DNA of 64,000 nt, from the NCBI GenBank assembly GCA_965116885.1, contig OZ220741.1, positions 918,932 to 982,931 of the forward strand, in the 5' to 3' direction. The position numbers and the translations under genes are program-made. This DNA comes from Candidatus Latescibacterota bacterium. GTDB taxonomy: Bacteria > Latescibacterota > UBA2968. Shown here piece after piece: positions 9,879 through 18,206 of the stretch (the first letter of the stretch is position 1; every line of letters begins with the position of its first letter). The notes beneath the pieces were generated by a model, which saw only the letters and a program-made list of their open reading frames with translations, was not told where the DNA came from and ran no database searches.

Positions 9879-10118
9879 TCACAATAGCTTTACCAGAGCA
9901 GCGACCACGCCAATCGCGACCACCATCATGGAACCCAGACGCAAGGTCAAGTCGTGCTTCAGACGCAATTCCAATTCTTTCAAATCCTGCTTCGTCGCCA
10001 ATTTTTCGTCAATCAGTGCCGCCTGTGAACGCGCCAGCACCTCCGCCTGTTCTTCTGGCATCCCCGCATGGGTCAGTTCTTTTACGAAAGCGTGGGTATC
10101 AAAAATAATTGCTGCCAT
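9879..10118 (-). CDS. DUF1640-family small coiled-coil membrane-anchored protein
   Basis: 79 aa, MAAIIFDTHAFVKELTHAGMPEEQAEVLA...LVKLL, resembling the conserved bacterial DUF1640/CCDC90-like family. Confidence 0.55.
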   Translation of the reverse strand: MAAIIFDTHAFVKELTHAGMPEEQAEVLARSQAALIDEKLATKQDLKELELRLKHDLTLRLGSMMVVAIGVVAALVKLL

Positions 10119-10388
10119 CTAATTTTCTCCGGTATTGTTCATGCACTCCCATTTTGTTCTTTTAATGCAGCCAGAACATAAATAAATATATGAAAAATCC
10201 TTTTATAGCACAATGTAAAGTCAGGAAATCTCTGCCCAACTTCAATACCAGATTGCCATCACCATAAACATGGCAGGCCTGTGCCCTCAGTTTATGCATA
10301 GAAAATCTATTTGCTTACCAGGGCATCTTCATATTATTCTTCCTGCGCTCATTCCTTATCACCCATTCCAAAAGGGAGGACCATCCCG

Positions 10389-12230
10389 ATGAAAACTCGA
10401 ACATTACCCCCATACCTGATTCCCATTGTCGGACTGCTCGTGCTGGCTGGCGTCTTTTCCAATGCGCCTCCCGCCATAGCAGATTGTCCACCCCCTCCCG
10501 GCGTAATATCCCCTGTGGCACCGAGTGTGACGGCGCAACAGGTGGAAGATGGCAGCGCTACCCTGAAGGACTTCACGCTGGCCGCGAGGGAACAATTTGT
10601 TATGCAGCTCCAGACGGCTGAGAATCTGGGACAAGTGGTCTATTACGGATGTCTCTTCCGGCAAGAGGGGAGCTATTGGCATTCCGGTTCCACCTACATC
10701 GTGGTTATGAGGGCCGATGGCAGTGTTTTGATTCACGCGAAGAACATGGCATTGTCGAGCAGGCGACTCAACCCCCTTATTTATGCAGAGATCCTTTCTG
10801 CCCTGGGAGTACCCTCAACCGTTCTGGCCAACCTGGCATCTCCCGATACTGCTATTGCCGCCCAGGCTAATGCCGAAGTGGTTAATATATTGACGCAAGG
10901 ACCGGATGCCGCATTCGATGCGACCACCCCTATACCAGACCTGCGACCTGGCATACCGGGTGCCTCCGGCTATGCCGCCGCATATTTTTCGGACTTTTTT
11001 AGAGGCCCGCTTGTGATGATAGCCGGTTTCGAGCTCAATGAAACTCACGTAGTTGAAGAAGAGATCGATCACATTACCCCGGCCGTTACCGCCAGGGACG
11101 TGGTAGATCGAGAAACCCTGAAAGCCTTCGTCACGGCAGCAGGGGAGTACTGTCTCGAACTTCGGAAAACCGGCAATTTCCCCGGTGGGATAGCCAGGAT
11201 CGCACTTCGGGATCCGGACGGGCCCTGGAGACACGGTTCGGTGTACCTCTATGTCCTGGATACTACCAGCAACGTAATCCAAATACACGCTGCGTTTCCG
11301 AACAGATACGAGCTACGACCTCTGATAGCGACCGTCCGAGACGCGGTTACCGGAGAACTCATACTACCGCAGGTCATCGAAGCGGCGAAAAGTGACCCGG
11401 AAGGCGGCTTCGTGGAGTATTACTTTGACGATCCCAATGACGACACCGATAGCGCCGATATCCCCAAGGTCGGATACGCACGCGAGTTCAAAACGCAAAC
11501 CGAGTTAGGTGGAAGGGTAGTCCCGTACAACTTCATCATTGGGTCGGGTTTTTATGGACGCGCACCCGAGGTTGTCGTCCCGACTGAACCCCATACGGTA
11601 GTAGAAGCCACGGTTATGGGCGATGCCGTCGAGGGATTGACCGTCGCGTTTGCGCGATCCATCGCCGGCAGCCAGCCCGACTACGCCTATAGCGCTGTCA
11701 CAGATGCCAATGGCGCTTTGTCCCTCACCATCTCCAACCCAGATGGGGTGAGTGGTTACTATCAGGCACGCGCCCGCAACGCCGATGGCGAAACCGTCGG
11801 CCAGTGGCACTCCATTCCCCTCAACCAGAACCAACGCCAGGTCCTGGAACTGACCCTGAGCGGCGGTATGAAGATCGTACGCGTCGAACCACTGGTCGCA
11901 GCCAAGCCAGTGGCCGTATCCGAGCCCGTGTTATCAGCCGAGATAGTGCCAGAAGTTAGTGGTCTGGCACCCAACTTTCCCAACCCATTCAACAGCGCCA
12001 CCCTGATAACCTATCACCTGTCCAGCCCCGGTCCGGTACAATTGGTAATCTACAATGTGTTGGGACAGCCGGTACGCACATTGGTGGATCAATCTCAAGG
12101 CGCAGGCTCCTACCAGATACGGTGGGATGTCCTCGATCATCGGGGCGTCTCGCTATCGACGGGGATCTACATCGCACGCCTGAGCTATCCCGGCGGAGTG
12201 CAGACACAACGGTTGCTCTACCTCAAGTAG
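10389..12230 (+). CDS. secreted Cache-like domain protein with T9SS C-terminal sorting domain (paralog 2 of 3)
   Basis: An ATG start preceded by aaaagggagga. The signal peptide MKTRTLPPYLIPIVGLLVLAGVFSNAPPAIA, the Cache-like core and the T9SS CTD are as in paralog 1. The N-terminal ~250 aa are divergent while the C-terminal ~300 aa are near-identical. Confidence 0.75.
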   Translation: MKTRTLPPYLIPIVGLLVLAGVFSNAPPAIADCPPPPGVISPVAPSVTAQQVEDGSATLKDFTLAAREQFVMQLQTAENLGQVVYYGCLFRQEGSYWHSGSTYIVVMRADGSVLIHAKNMALSSRRLNPLIYAEILSALGVPSTVLANLASPDTAIAAQANAEVVNILTQGPDAAFDATTPIPDLRPGIPGASGYAAAYFSDFFRGPLVMIAGFELNETHVVEEEIDHITPAVTARDVVDRETLKAFVTAAGEYCLELRKTGNFPGGIARIALRDPDGPWRHGSVYLYVLDTTSNVIQIHAAFPNRYELRPLIATVRDAVTGELILPQVIEAAKSDPEGGFVEYYFDDPNDDTDSADIPKVGYAREFKTQTELGGRVVPYNFIIGSGFYGRAPEVVVPTEPHTVVEATVMGDAVEGLTVAFARSIAGSQPDYAYSAVTDANGALSLTISNPDGVSGYYQARARNADGETVGQWHSIPLNQNQRQVLELTLSGGMKIVRVEPLVAAKPVAVSEPVLSAEIVPEVSGLAPNFPNPFNSATLITYHLSSPGPVQLVIYNVLGQPVRTLVDQSQGAGSYQIRWDVLDHRGVSLSTGIYIARLSYPGGVQTQRLLYLK

Positions 12231-12251
12231 CGCTGAACACACAAAGCAAAA

Positions 12252-12285
12252 GCCCGCTGATCATATAGATCAACGGGCTTTTTTT
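12252..12285 (+). terminator. rho-independent terminator, identical copy of the 9785 element
   Basis: gcccgctgatcatatagatcaacgggcttttttt. Confidence 0.7.
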
Positions 12286-12311
12286 GTACGCCTCATCTTT
12301 TTTTCAACCCC

Positions 12312-12818
12312 CTACTGAACCCGCATCCATGTATCGACCCATGCCCCCTCATAGGATGCCGTCATCGTATTGCCTTCAAAAACCCACTGCTGCTCATCGT
12401 GTGCAATCTCAATTTTATCGCCCTCAACCGTAATTTTCCCCTTCACGCTTTTGGCCTTGGGATAAATCGACATCGGTGCTTCGGCAGAAGACCGATACCC
12501 CTGGCGAACCAGCACATGCCTGGCTCGCGTAATCGCCGACGTAGAAATTTCATACGTACTGGCAGCATAATTAAATCGCCGGGGTGTACCATCTTTTAAG
12601 TCTTCGAGAAGATTGAGCGTAACATGTGCTTTTCGAGAACTAATAGGCTCCCACAAAAGCGATCCTTTTACATGCGGATCACTCAACACAGTACCATCTT
12701 GCAATTGACGACTTTGCAAAACCCAGGTACCCGCCAATTGTGTTTGCATATCTGACAGACGATCACTACATCCCTGCATCGCGAACACAGACAGGAGGCA
12801 TATCATCAGGCGTTTCAT
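12312..12818 (-). CDS. hypothetical lipoprotein
   Basis: A signal peptide with a lipobox-like sequence, MKRLMICLLSVFAMQGC. No family was recognised. Confidence 0.5.
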   Translation of the reverse strand: MKRLMICLLSVFAMQGCSDRLSDMQTQLAGTWVLQSRQLQDGTVLSDPHVKGSLLWEPISSRKAHVTLNLLEDLKDGTPRRFNYAASTYEISTSAITRARHVLVRQGYRSSAEAPMSIYPKAKSVKGKITVEGDKIEIAHDEQQWVFEGNTMTASYEGAWVDTWMRVQ

Positions 12819-12997
12819 TTTGATCTCCCTGCAAGTTATCATCCGAAAAACGAACAGCTACAGTATATTTTTCGATTTGCGTGCTGTCAAGCCAAAAAAA
12901 TAATGTCTGCCCATCTCGCACACAAAGCCAACCAAACCCCCGCCCGGAATAACCAGGCGAGGTTTTGGTTTTAATGTAATTTTAGATTGTGTAAAAC

Positions 12998-13026
12998 TTG
13001 ACCTTTTTTAATAACAGTGATATATT
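12998..13026 (+). promoter_or_regulatory. sigma-70-type promoter TTGACC-17nt-TATATT upstream of Cache/T9SS paralog 3
   Basis: The -35 TTGACC lies at 12998-13003 and the -10 TATATT at 13021-13026, with an exact 17-nt spacer. Confidence 0.5.
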
Positions 13027-13029
13027 CAA

Positions 13030-13070
13030 AGGCGATATATAAGCCAAAAATCTATATATCGCCTTTTTGG
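13030..13070 (+). promoter_or_regulatory. leader hairpin followed by T-run (possible attenuator/terminator-like element) between promoter and start of paralog 3
   Basis: AAAGGCGATATATA-AGCCAAAAATC-TATATATCGCCTTTTTGG forms an 11-bp perfect inverted repeat followed by TTTTT, lying between the -10 and the RBS aaaaggagga. Confidence 0.4.
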
Positions 13071-13104
13071 CAACTCTTAAATCTAACTCAAAAGGAGGAC
13101 CATC

Positions 13105-14946
13105 GTGAAGAAAACTCTAACCTTACTCACCGGACTGCTCGTGCTGGCTGGCGTCTTTTCCAATGCGCCTCCCGCCATAGCAAATTGTCCACTTCCTCCC
13201 GGCGTGACGCCTCCTGCGGACCCGCGTGTGACGGCGCAACAGGTGGTAGATGGCAGCGCTACCCTGATGGACTTCGCGCTGGCCGTGAGAGAGCGGTCCA
13301 AAGAATATGCCCAAGGGCACGCGACCACGGAGGAAGCGGTATATATCGGATGCATCATAAGGCAGGATGATGGGATATGGCATTCCGGTTCCACGTACAT
13401 CGTGAGCCTGACGCTCGACGGCAGAGTGTACATTCACGCGAAGAACATGGCACTGTCGGGCAGGCTGATCAACCCGGTGATTTATGGAGCGATCCTTTTT
13501 GCGCTGGGCGTATCCCCAACCGATCTGGCGAATCTGGCGTCTCCTGATCCTGCTACCGCCGCCCAGGCTTTCGCCGCCGTCCTGGGCACATTGTTGCAGG
13601 AGCCGGACGGCGCATTCGACGCGACCACCTCTATTCCAGGTCTATCACCAGGAATACCAGGCGCTTCGGGCCATGCCGCCGTCTATGTCGAGCCCAATTT
13701 AGGGAACGTTCCGATTGTGATGCTCATGGGATTCGATCTCAATGAATCTCACTTGGTTCCCATTACCGATGAAACAATCGATTACGGCGATCCGGCTGTC
13801 ACTGCCAGGGACGTGGTGGACAGAGAAACCCTGAAGGCCTTCGTCACGCAAGCGGGAAATTACTTTCTTGAACTCCTGAAGACCGGCGATGCAGCCGCTC
13901 TTTCGCAAGCCAAGATCGCCTTGCGGGATGAGAACGGACCCTGGAGACACGGCTCGGTGTATCTCTACGTCCTGGATATTGTCAGCAACATCATCATATT
14001 TCACGCAGCGTTCCCGGACAAATACGAGTATCGGCCTCTGGTGCCGACCGTCCATGACGCTGTGACCGGAGAGTTCATTCTGCCTCAAGTCATCGAAGCG
14101 GCGAAAAGTGACCCGGAAGGCGGCTTCGTGGAGTATTACTTCGACGATCCCACCGACGACACAGACAGCGCCGACATCCCCAAGGTGGGATACGCACGCG
14201 AGTTCGCCGCTTCAATCCAGAGGGCAGACGGAAGCACAGTCCCGGCTGACTTCATCGTTGGGTCGGGCTTCTATGGGCGCGCACCCGTTGTTGTCCCGGA
14301 CGGTCCCTATACGGTAGTAGAAGCCACGGTTATGGGTGACGCCGTCGAAGGGTTGACCGTCGCGTTTGCGCGATCCATCGCAGGCCAACAGCCCGACTAT
14401 GCCTATAGTACTGTCACAGATGCCAATGGCTCTTCGTCCCTCACCATCTCCAACCCAGATGGCGTGAGTGGGTACTATACAGCCCGCGCCAGCAACGCCG
14501 ATGGCGAAACCGTCGGCCAGTGGCACTCCATTCCCCTCAATAGCAATCAACGCCAGGTCCTGGAACTGACCCTGGGCGGCGGCATGAAGATCGTACGCGT
14601 CGAGCCACTGGCCGCATCCAAGCCAGTGCTCGTAGCCGAGACAGTGGCAGTATCCGAGACAGTGCCGGAAGTTAGTGGTCTGGCACCCAACTTTCCCAAC
14701 CCATTCAACAGCGCCACCCTGATAACCTACCACCTGTCCAGTCCCGGTCCGGTGCAACTGGTAATCTACAATGTGCTGGGTCAACCCGTACGCACATTGG
14801 TGGATCAGTCCCAGGCCGCAGGCTCCTACCAGATACGGTGGGATGTCCTCGACCAGCGGGGCGTCTCGCTGTCAACGGGGATCTACATCGCCCGCCTGAG
14901 CTATCCCGGTGGGGTGCAGACCCAACGGCTGCTCTACCTCAAGTAG
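13105..14946 (+). CDS. secreted Cache-like domain protein with T9SS C-terminal sorting domain (paralog 3 of 3)
   Basis: GTG start at 13105 after the RBS aaaaggagga. Signal peptide MKKTLTLLTGLLVLAGVFSNAPPAIA. Same architecture and a near-identical C-terminal ~110 aa. Confidence 0.75.
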   Translation: MKKTLTLLTGLLVLAGVFSNAPPAIANCPLPPGVTPPADPRVTAQQVVDGSATLMDFALAVRERSKEYAQGHATTEEAVYIGCIIRQDDGIWHSGSTYIVSLTLDGRVYIHAKNMALSGRLINPVIYGAILFALGVSPTDLANLASPDPATAAQAFAAVLGTLLQEPDGAFDATTSIPGLSPGIPGASGHAAVYVEPNLGNVPIVMLMGFDLNESHLVPITDETIDYGDPAVTARDVVDRETLKAFVTQAGNYFLELLKTGDAAALSQAKIALRDENGPWRHGSVYLYVLDIVSNIIIFHAAFPDKYEYRPLVPTVHDAVTGEFILPQVIEAAKSDPEGGFVEYYFDDPTDDTDSADIPKVGYAREFAASIQRADGSTVPADFIVGSGFYGRAPVVVPDGPYTVVEATVMGDAVEGLTVAFARSIAGQQPDYAYSTVTDANGSSSLTISNPDGVSGYYTARASNADGETVGQWHSIPLNSNQRQVLELTLGGGMKIVRVEPLAASKPVLVAETVAVSETVPEVSGLAPNFPNPFNSATLITYHLSSPGPVQLVIYNVLGQPVRTLVDQSQAAGSYQIRWDVLDQRGVSLSTGIYIARLSYPGGVQTQRLLYLK

Positions 14947-14990
14947 CGCCGAATGGTTGGGTTTGTCAATTTTCTCATAGCTAAAAAAAT

Positions 14991-15016
14991 GCCCCTGAAA
15001 ATTCAGGGGCATTTTT
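14991..15016. terminator. bidirectional rho-independent terminator (A-run, gcccctgaaaattcaggggc, T-run) between paralog 3 and the sigma factor gene
   Basis: A 9-bp stem flanked by aaaaaaa on the 5' side and attttt on the 3' side. Confidence 0.65.
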
Positions 15017-15048
15017 CTACTGTATTTAAGTCTTACTTCTCACCGAAT

Positions 15049-15888
15049 TTAAGTCACTTCCAGCAACGGCTCAAGCCGCGAGCGACGGCGCGGATGGCGC
15101 AATCTGCGAAGCGCTTTCTCCTTAATTTGCCGCACGCGCTCCCGGGTCAAATTAAACCGAACGCCGATCTCTTCAAGCGTAAGTGGCTCTTCACCGCCCA
15201 GGCCAAAATACAGGCGCAAAACCTCAGTCTCCCGGTCATCCAGAGATGTGAGCACATCTTTTACCTGTTCGCGCACTGAATCCTCTACAACTTCCTCATC
15301 CGGTGCCTTTTGTGTCTTATCGGGCAACACATGCAACAAACTGTGGTCATCCTCCTCGCGGAAAGACGCATCCAGAGACCAGACATCGCGCGCGCGCATC
15401 AGCGTATCCTGAACCATCTCCACCGACACACCGAGTTCTTTTGCCACAGTTTCGGGTTCGGGTTCGGTCTCGCTTGACTGCCTCAGTTCGCGCGACACCT
15501 TTGAAATATTGTGCAACAAATCAATGCGGTTAATAGGCAAACGCACAACCCGTGAATCCTGTGCCAAACTCTGGTGAATCGCCTGGCGTATCCACCATAC
15601 CGCATAAGAAATAAACTTAAAGCCCCGCGTGCCATCAAAGCGCTCGGCAGCCGTCATCAGCCCCATATTTCCCGCGCTGATCAAATCCGCCAGAGGCACC
15701 CCGTGATTTTGATATTCGCGCGCTACGCTCACCACAAATCGGAGATTGGCCGCAACCAATTTATCTCTGGATCTCTGACAACCTTTGTGGATTTTCTTTG
15801 CCAGTTCAATTTCTTCCGCACTCGAAAGGGGTTCAGACGAGGCAATGTCTCGCAGATACAAATCCAGAGACTCACTATCTTGTATCAT
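15049..15888 (-). CDS. RNA polymerase sigma factor, sigma-70 family (RpoD/RpoS-like, ~280 aa)
   Basis: Region 2 YAVWWIRQAI, region 3, and region 4 LTLEEIGVRFNLTRERVRQIKEKALRRLRHP. The start is probably MIQDSESLDLYLRDI. Confidence 0.85.
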   Translation of the reverse strand: MIQDSESLDLYLRDIASSEPLSSAEEIELAKKIHKGCQRSRDKLVAANLRFVVSVAREYQNHGVPLADLISAGNMGLMTAAERFDGTRGFKFISYAVWWIRQAIHQSLAQDSRVVRLPINRIDLLHNISKVSRELRQSSETEPEPETVAKELGVSVEMVQDTLMRARDVWSLDASFREEDDHSLLHVLPDKTQKAPDEEVVEDSVREQVKDVLTSLDDRETEVLRLYFGLGGEEPLTLEEIGVRFNLTRERVRQIKEKALRRLRHPRRRSRLEPLLEVT

Positions 15889-15933
15889 AATTCCAGGCAA
15901 GGGGAACCTCCTGTAAAAGGATGGGGAGAACAA

Positions 15934-16500
15934 CTATAAAACAGAATGGGGAGCCGACATTTTGCGAATTTGCGCCAGGTGTTTCGTCATAAACTGATAC
16001 ATACTCATCGATGTGTCGCAGGCCATCAAACCCGCTCGCACATCTGAATTTTTAAACAACAGTGCCAAATTGCTCAAAACCGACAGATAAGGCACAGGAG
16101 CCGCATCGGGTACTGCAACCATGCATATCACGTGAACGGATTCTGCATCTGGGGGAAAAGCAATACCCGTCTGAGAAATGCCCAACGCCACACCGGGCTG
16201 AGCAACCGATCGGCATCGCGCATGGGGCAGTGCAACACCTCGACCCAAAACAGTACTCATCTGATCTTCTCGATCCAAAACAGTTTGCAAAAACTTCAGG
16301 CTATCGACCACCTTCCTGCACCCATAGAGCCGATCCACCAACTCTTTGATCGCCCCCAGGCGATCTTGTGATTGCAACTCGGGTACAAGAAGCGAAACAT
16401 CAAAGTGAAAAACATCGTCTTCAGATAAAACTGTCGTTTGAGTCACCTGATCTCCACACGCAACAAAATGCAGAATTTGCACCTTCAAACTATAAAACAT
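15934..16500 (-). CDS. ptsN: PTS EIIA-Ntr-like protein (PtsN family, fructose-type EIIA domain)
   Basis: GRGVALPHAR, with the phosphorylatable His in IPHA-like context, and GIAFPPDAESVHVICMVAVPD. It ends 1 nt before the sigma-factor ORF. Confidence 0.7.
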   Translation of the reverse strand: MFYSLKVQILHFVACGDQVTQTTVLSEDDVFHFDVSLLVPELQSQDRLGAIKELVDRLYGCRKVVDSLKFLQTVLDREDQMSTVLGRGVALPHARCRSVAQPGVALGISQTGIAFPPDAESVHVICMVAVPDAAPVPYLSVLSNLALLFKNSDVRAGLMACDTSMSMYQFMTKHLAQIRKMSAPHSVL

Positions 16501-16753
16501 CTATCAAAAAAGGAGAATAACGCATTAACATCAATAAAAACATAAGGTTAATCTCCAGCATCAAAAATCCGCGATAAACGCGCCCCAATATAACAGCAAT
16601 ATCCGTGCCAAAAACATGCATATAGGCATAACTTATTGTTTATATTGAACAAAAATCAGAAAGTCCGATCTGCTATGCTATTTTTGTCTCATTTAGAATG
16701 CAAAAATTGCACCCTATTTTATAACCAAAATGCAAAAATTGCGTTTTTAAAAA

Positions 16754-18112
16754 TTAGCGCAAATTATACGCCTTGATCTTGTATTGCAATGCGCGAACAC
16801 TGATCCCCAGCAGAGCCGCGGCCTCCTTCCTATTTGCCGTCACATGTGCAAGTGTTTTTTCGATCAGCGCGCGTTCCATATCTTCAAGCGAAGAACCGAG
16901 TTCGACCGTTATCGTATCCGTCGCATTCTGGGCATCGCGTATCCGAGAAGGCAAATGATCGACATCCACCTTTTGATCTGCGCAGGTTACCACAATGCGC
17001 TCAATAGTATTTTTCAGCTCGCGCACATTGCCGGGCCAGAAATAAGCCAGAACCCTATCCATCGCATCGGGCGTTAATTCCATGCGCGGTTTGTGGTGCA
17101 ACGCACACAGATTATCAAAAAACACATCGACCAAAAGCGGAATATCTTCAACGCGCTCGCGAAGTGGAGGCAAGCGAATAGGCACCACATTGATGCGGTA
17201 ATACAAATCTTCTCTAAATCGTCCTTCTGCCACTTCTCGCTCGAGATCGCGATTCGTGACAAAAATAGTTCGCACATCTGCGGCCACCGCTTTGGTACTG
17301 CCCACCGGGCGATAGGCTTTTTCTTCTAATACCCGGAGCAAATCGACTTGATTGGGCAATGGAATTTCACCCACCTCATCAAAAAAAAGCGTTCCCCCTT
17401 CAGCCGCCGCAAAAAACCCAGCCTTATCCGCTGTCGCGCCCGTAAACGCGCCTTTTACATAACCGAACAACTCGCTGCCAAATAATGTCTCGGCAAACGC
17501 CCCACAATTCATCGCCAATAGGGACGCATTCCGCCGCGCACTCGCCTGATGAATCGCACGCACCACGAGTTCTTTCCCCGTCCCCGTTTCTCCGGTAATC
17601 AAAACCGGCACATCGGTCATTGCCGCCTGTGCTATGGTATCACTAACCTGTTCCATCGCAGCACTCCGATGCACAATCTCTCCATTTTCGCCATTGGAAT
17701 CCAGACGCGCCCGCAATACGCGATTCTCCACTACCAGTGCCTGATGATCCAGCAAACGCTCTAAGGACAGGCGCAATCGCTTCAGATCTACGGGCTTGGT
17801 CAAATAATCATAAGCCCCCCGCCTCATGGCTTCAACAGCCGTCTCCACCTCGCCATAAGCCGTAATCACAATAACGCCAATTTCGCGATTTGCACCGCGC
17901 ACCCACTTCAAAAGTGATAGACCATCCTGCCCCGGCATCTTGAGATCAAAAATCGCGGCATCATATTCCTGGGCCTCCATAAGCGCCTTTGCCTGATTCC
18001 CATCATAAGCCACATCAACCCGATAACCATCTTTGGTCATCGCCTCCCGCAGACCCTCGCAGATATAGTACTCATCATCTGCAATTAAAAGTCGAATCTC
18101 ACTCGCGTCCAT
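16754..18112 (-). CDS. sigma-54-dependent Fis-family response regulator (NtrC/AtoC-like)
   Basis: A receiver domain (LIADDE, ..DLKMPG..) followed by an AAA+ sigma-54 activator domain (ITGETGTGKE, GAFTGA) and a C-terminal HTH. Confidence 0.9.
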   Translation of the reverse strand: MDASEIRLLIADDEYYICEGLREAMTKDGYRVDVAYDGNQAKALMEAQEYDAAIFDLKMPGQDGLSLLKWVRGANREIGVIVITAYGEVETAVEAMRRGAYDYLTKPVDLKRLRLSLERLLDHQALVVENRVLRARLDSNGENGEIVHRSAAMEQVSDTIAQAAMTDVPVLITGETGTGKELVVRAIHQASARRNASLLAMNCGAFAETLFGSELFGYVKGAFTGATADKAGFFAAAEGGTLFFDEVGEIPLPNQVDLLRVLEEKAYRPVGSTKAVAADVRTIFVTNRDLEREVAEGRFREDLYYRINVVPIRLPPLRERVEDIPLLVDVFFDNLCALHHKPRMELTPDAMDRVLAYFWPGNVRELKNTIERIVVTCADQKVDVDHLPSRIRDAQNATDTITVELGSSLEDMERALIEKTLAHVTANRKEAAALLGISVRALQYKIKAYNLR

Positions 18113-18206
18113 AAGTTACCTCTGTCTGTAGCAATGTCGGGAAAAGGATTTCCCTCCTACGATCCGTCTGCTGTTGGAGCGGCATCCCTGCCGCGATTGC
18201 CTCAAA

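Noticed and set aside
16501-16753. Possible small RNA in the AT-rich 250-bp spacer upstream of ptsN
   Set aside because: There is no recognisable structured RNA signature. It is more simply explained as a promoter or regulatory region (TGCAAAAATTGC repeats; weak sigma-54-like element).
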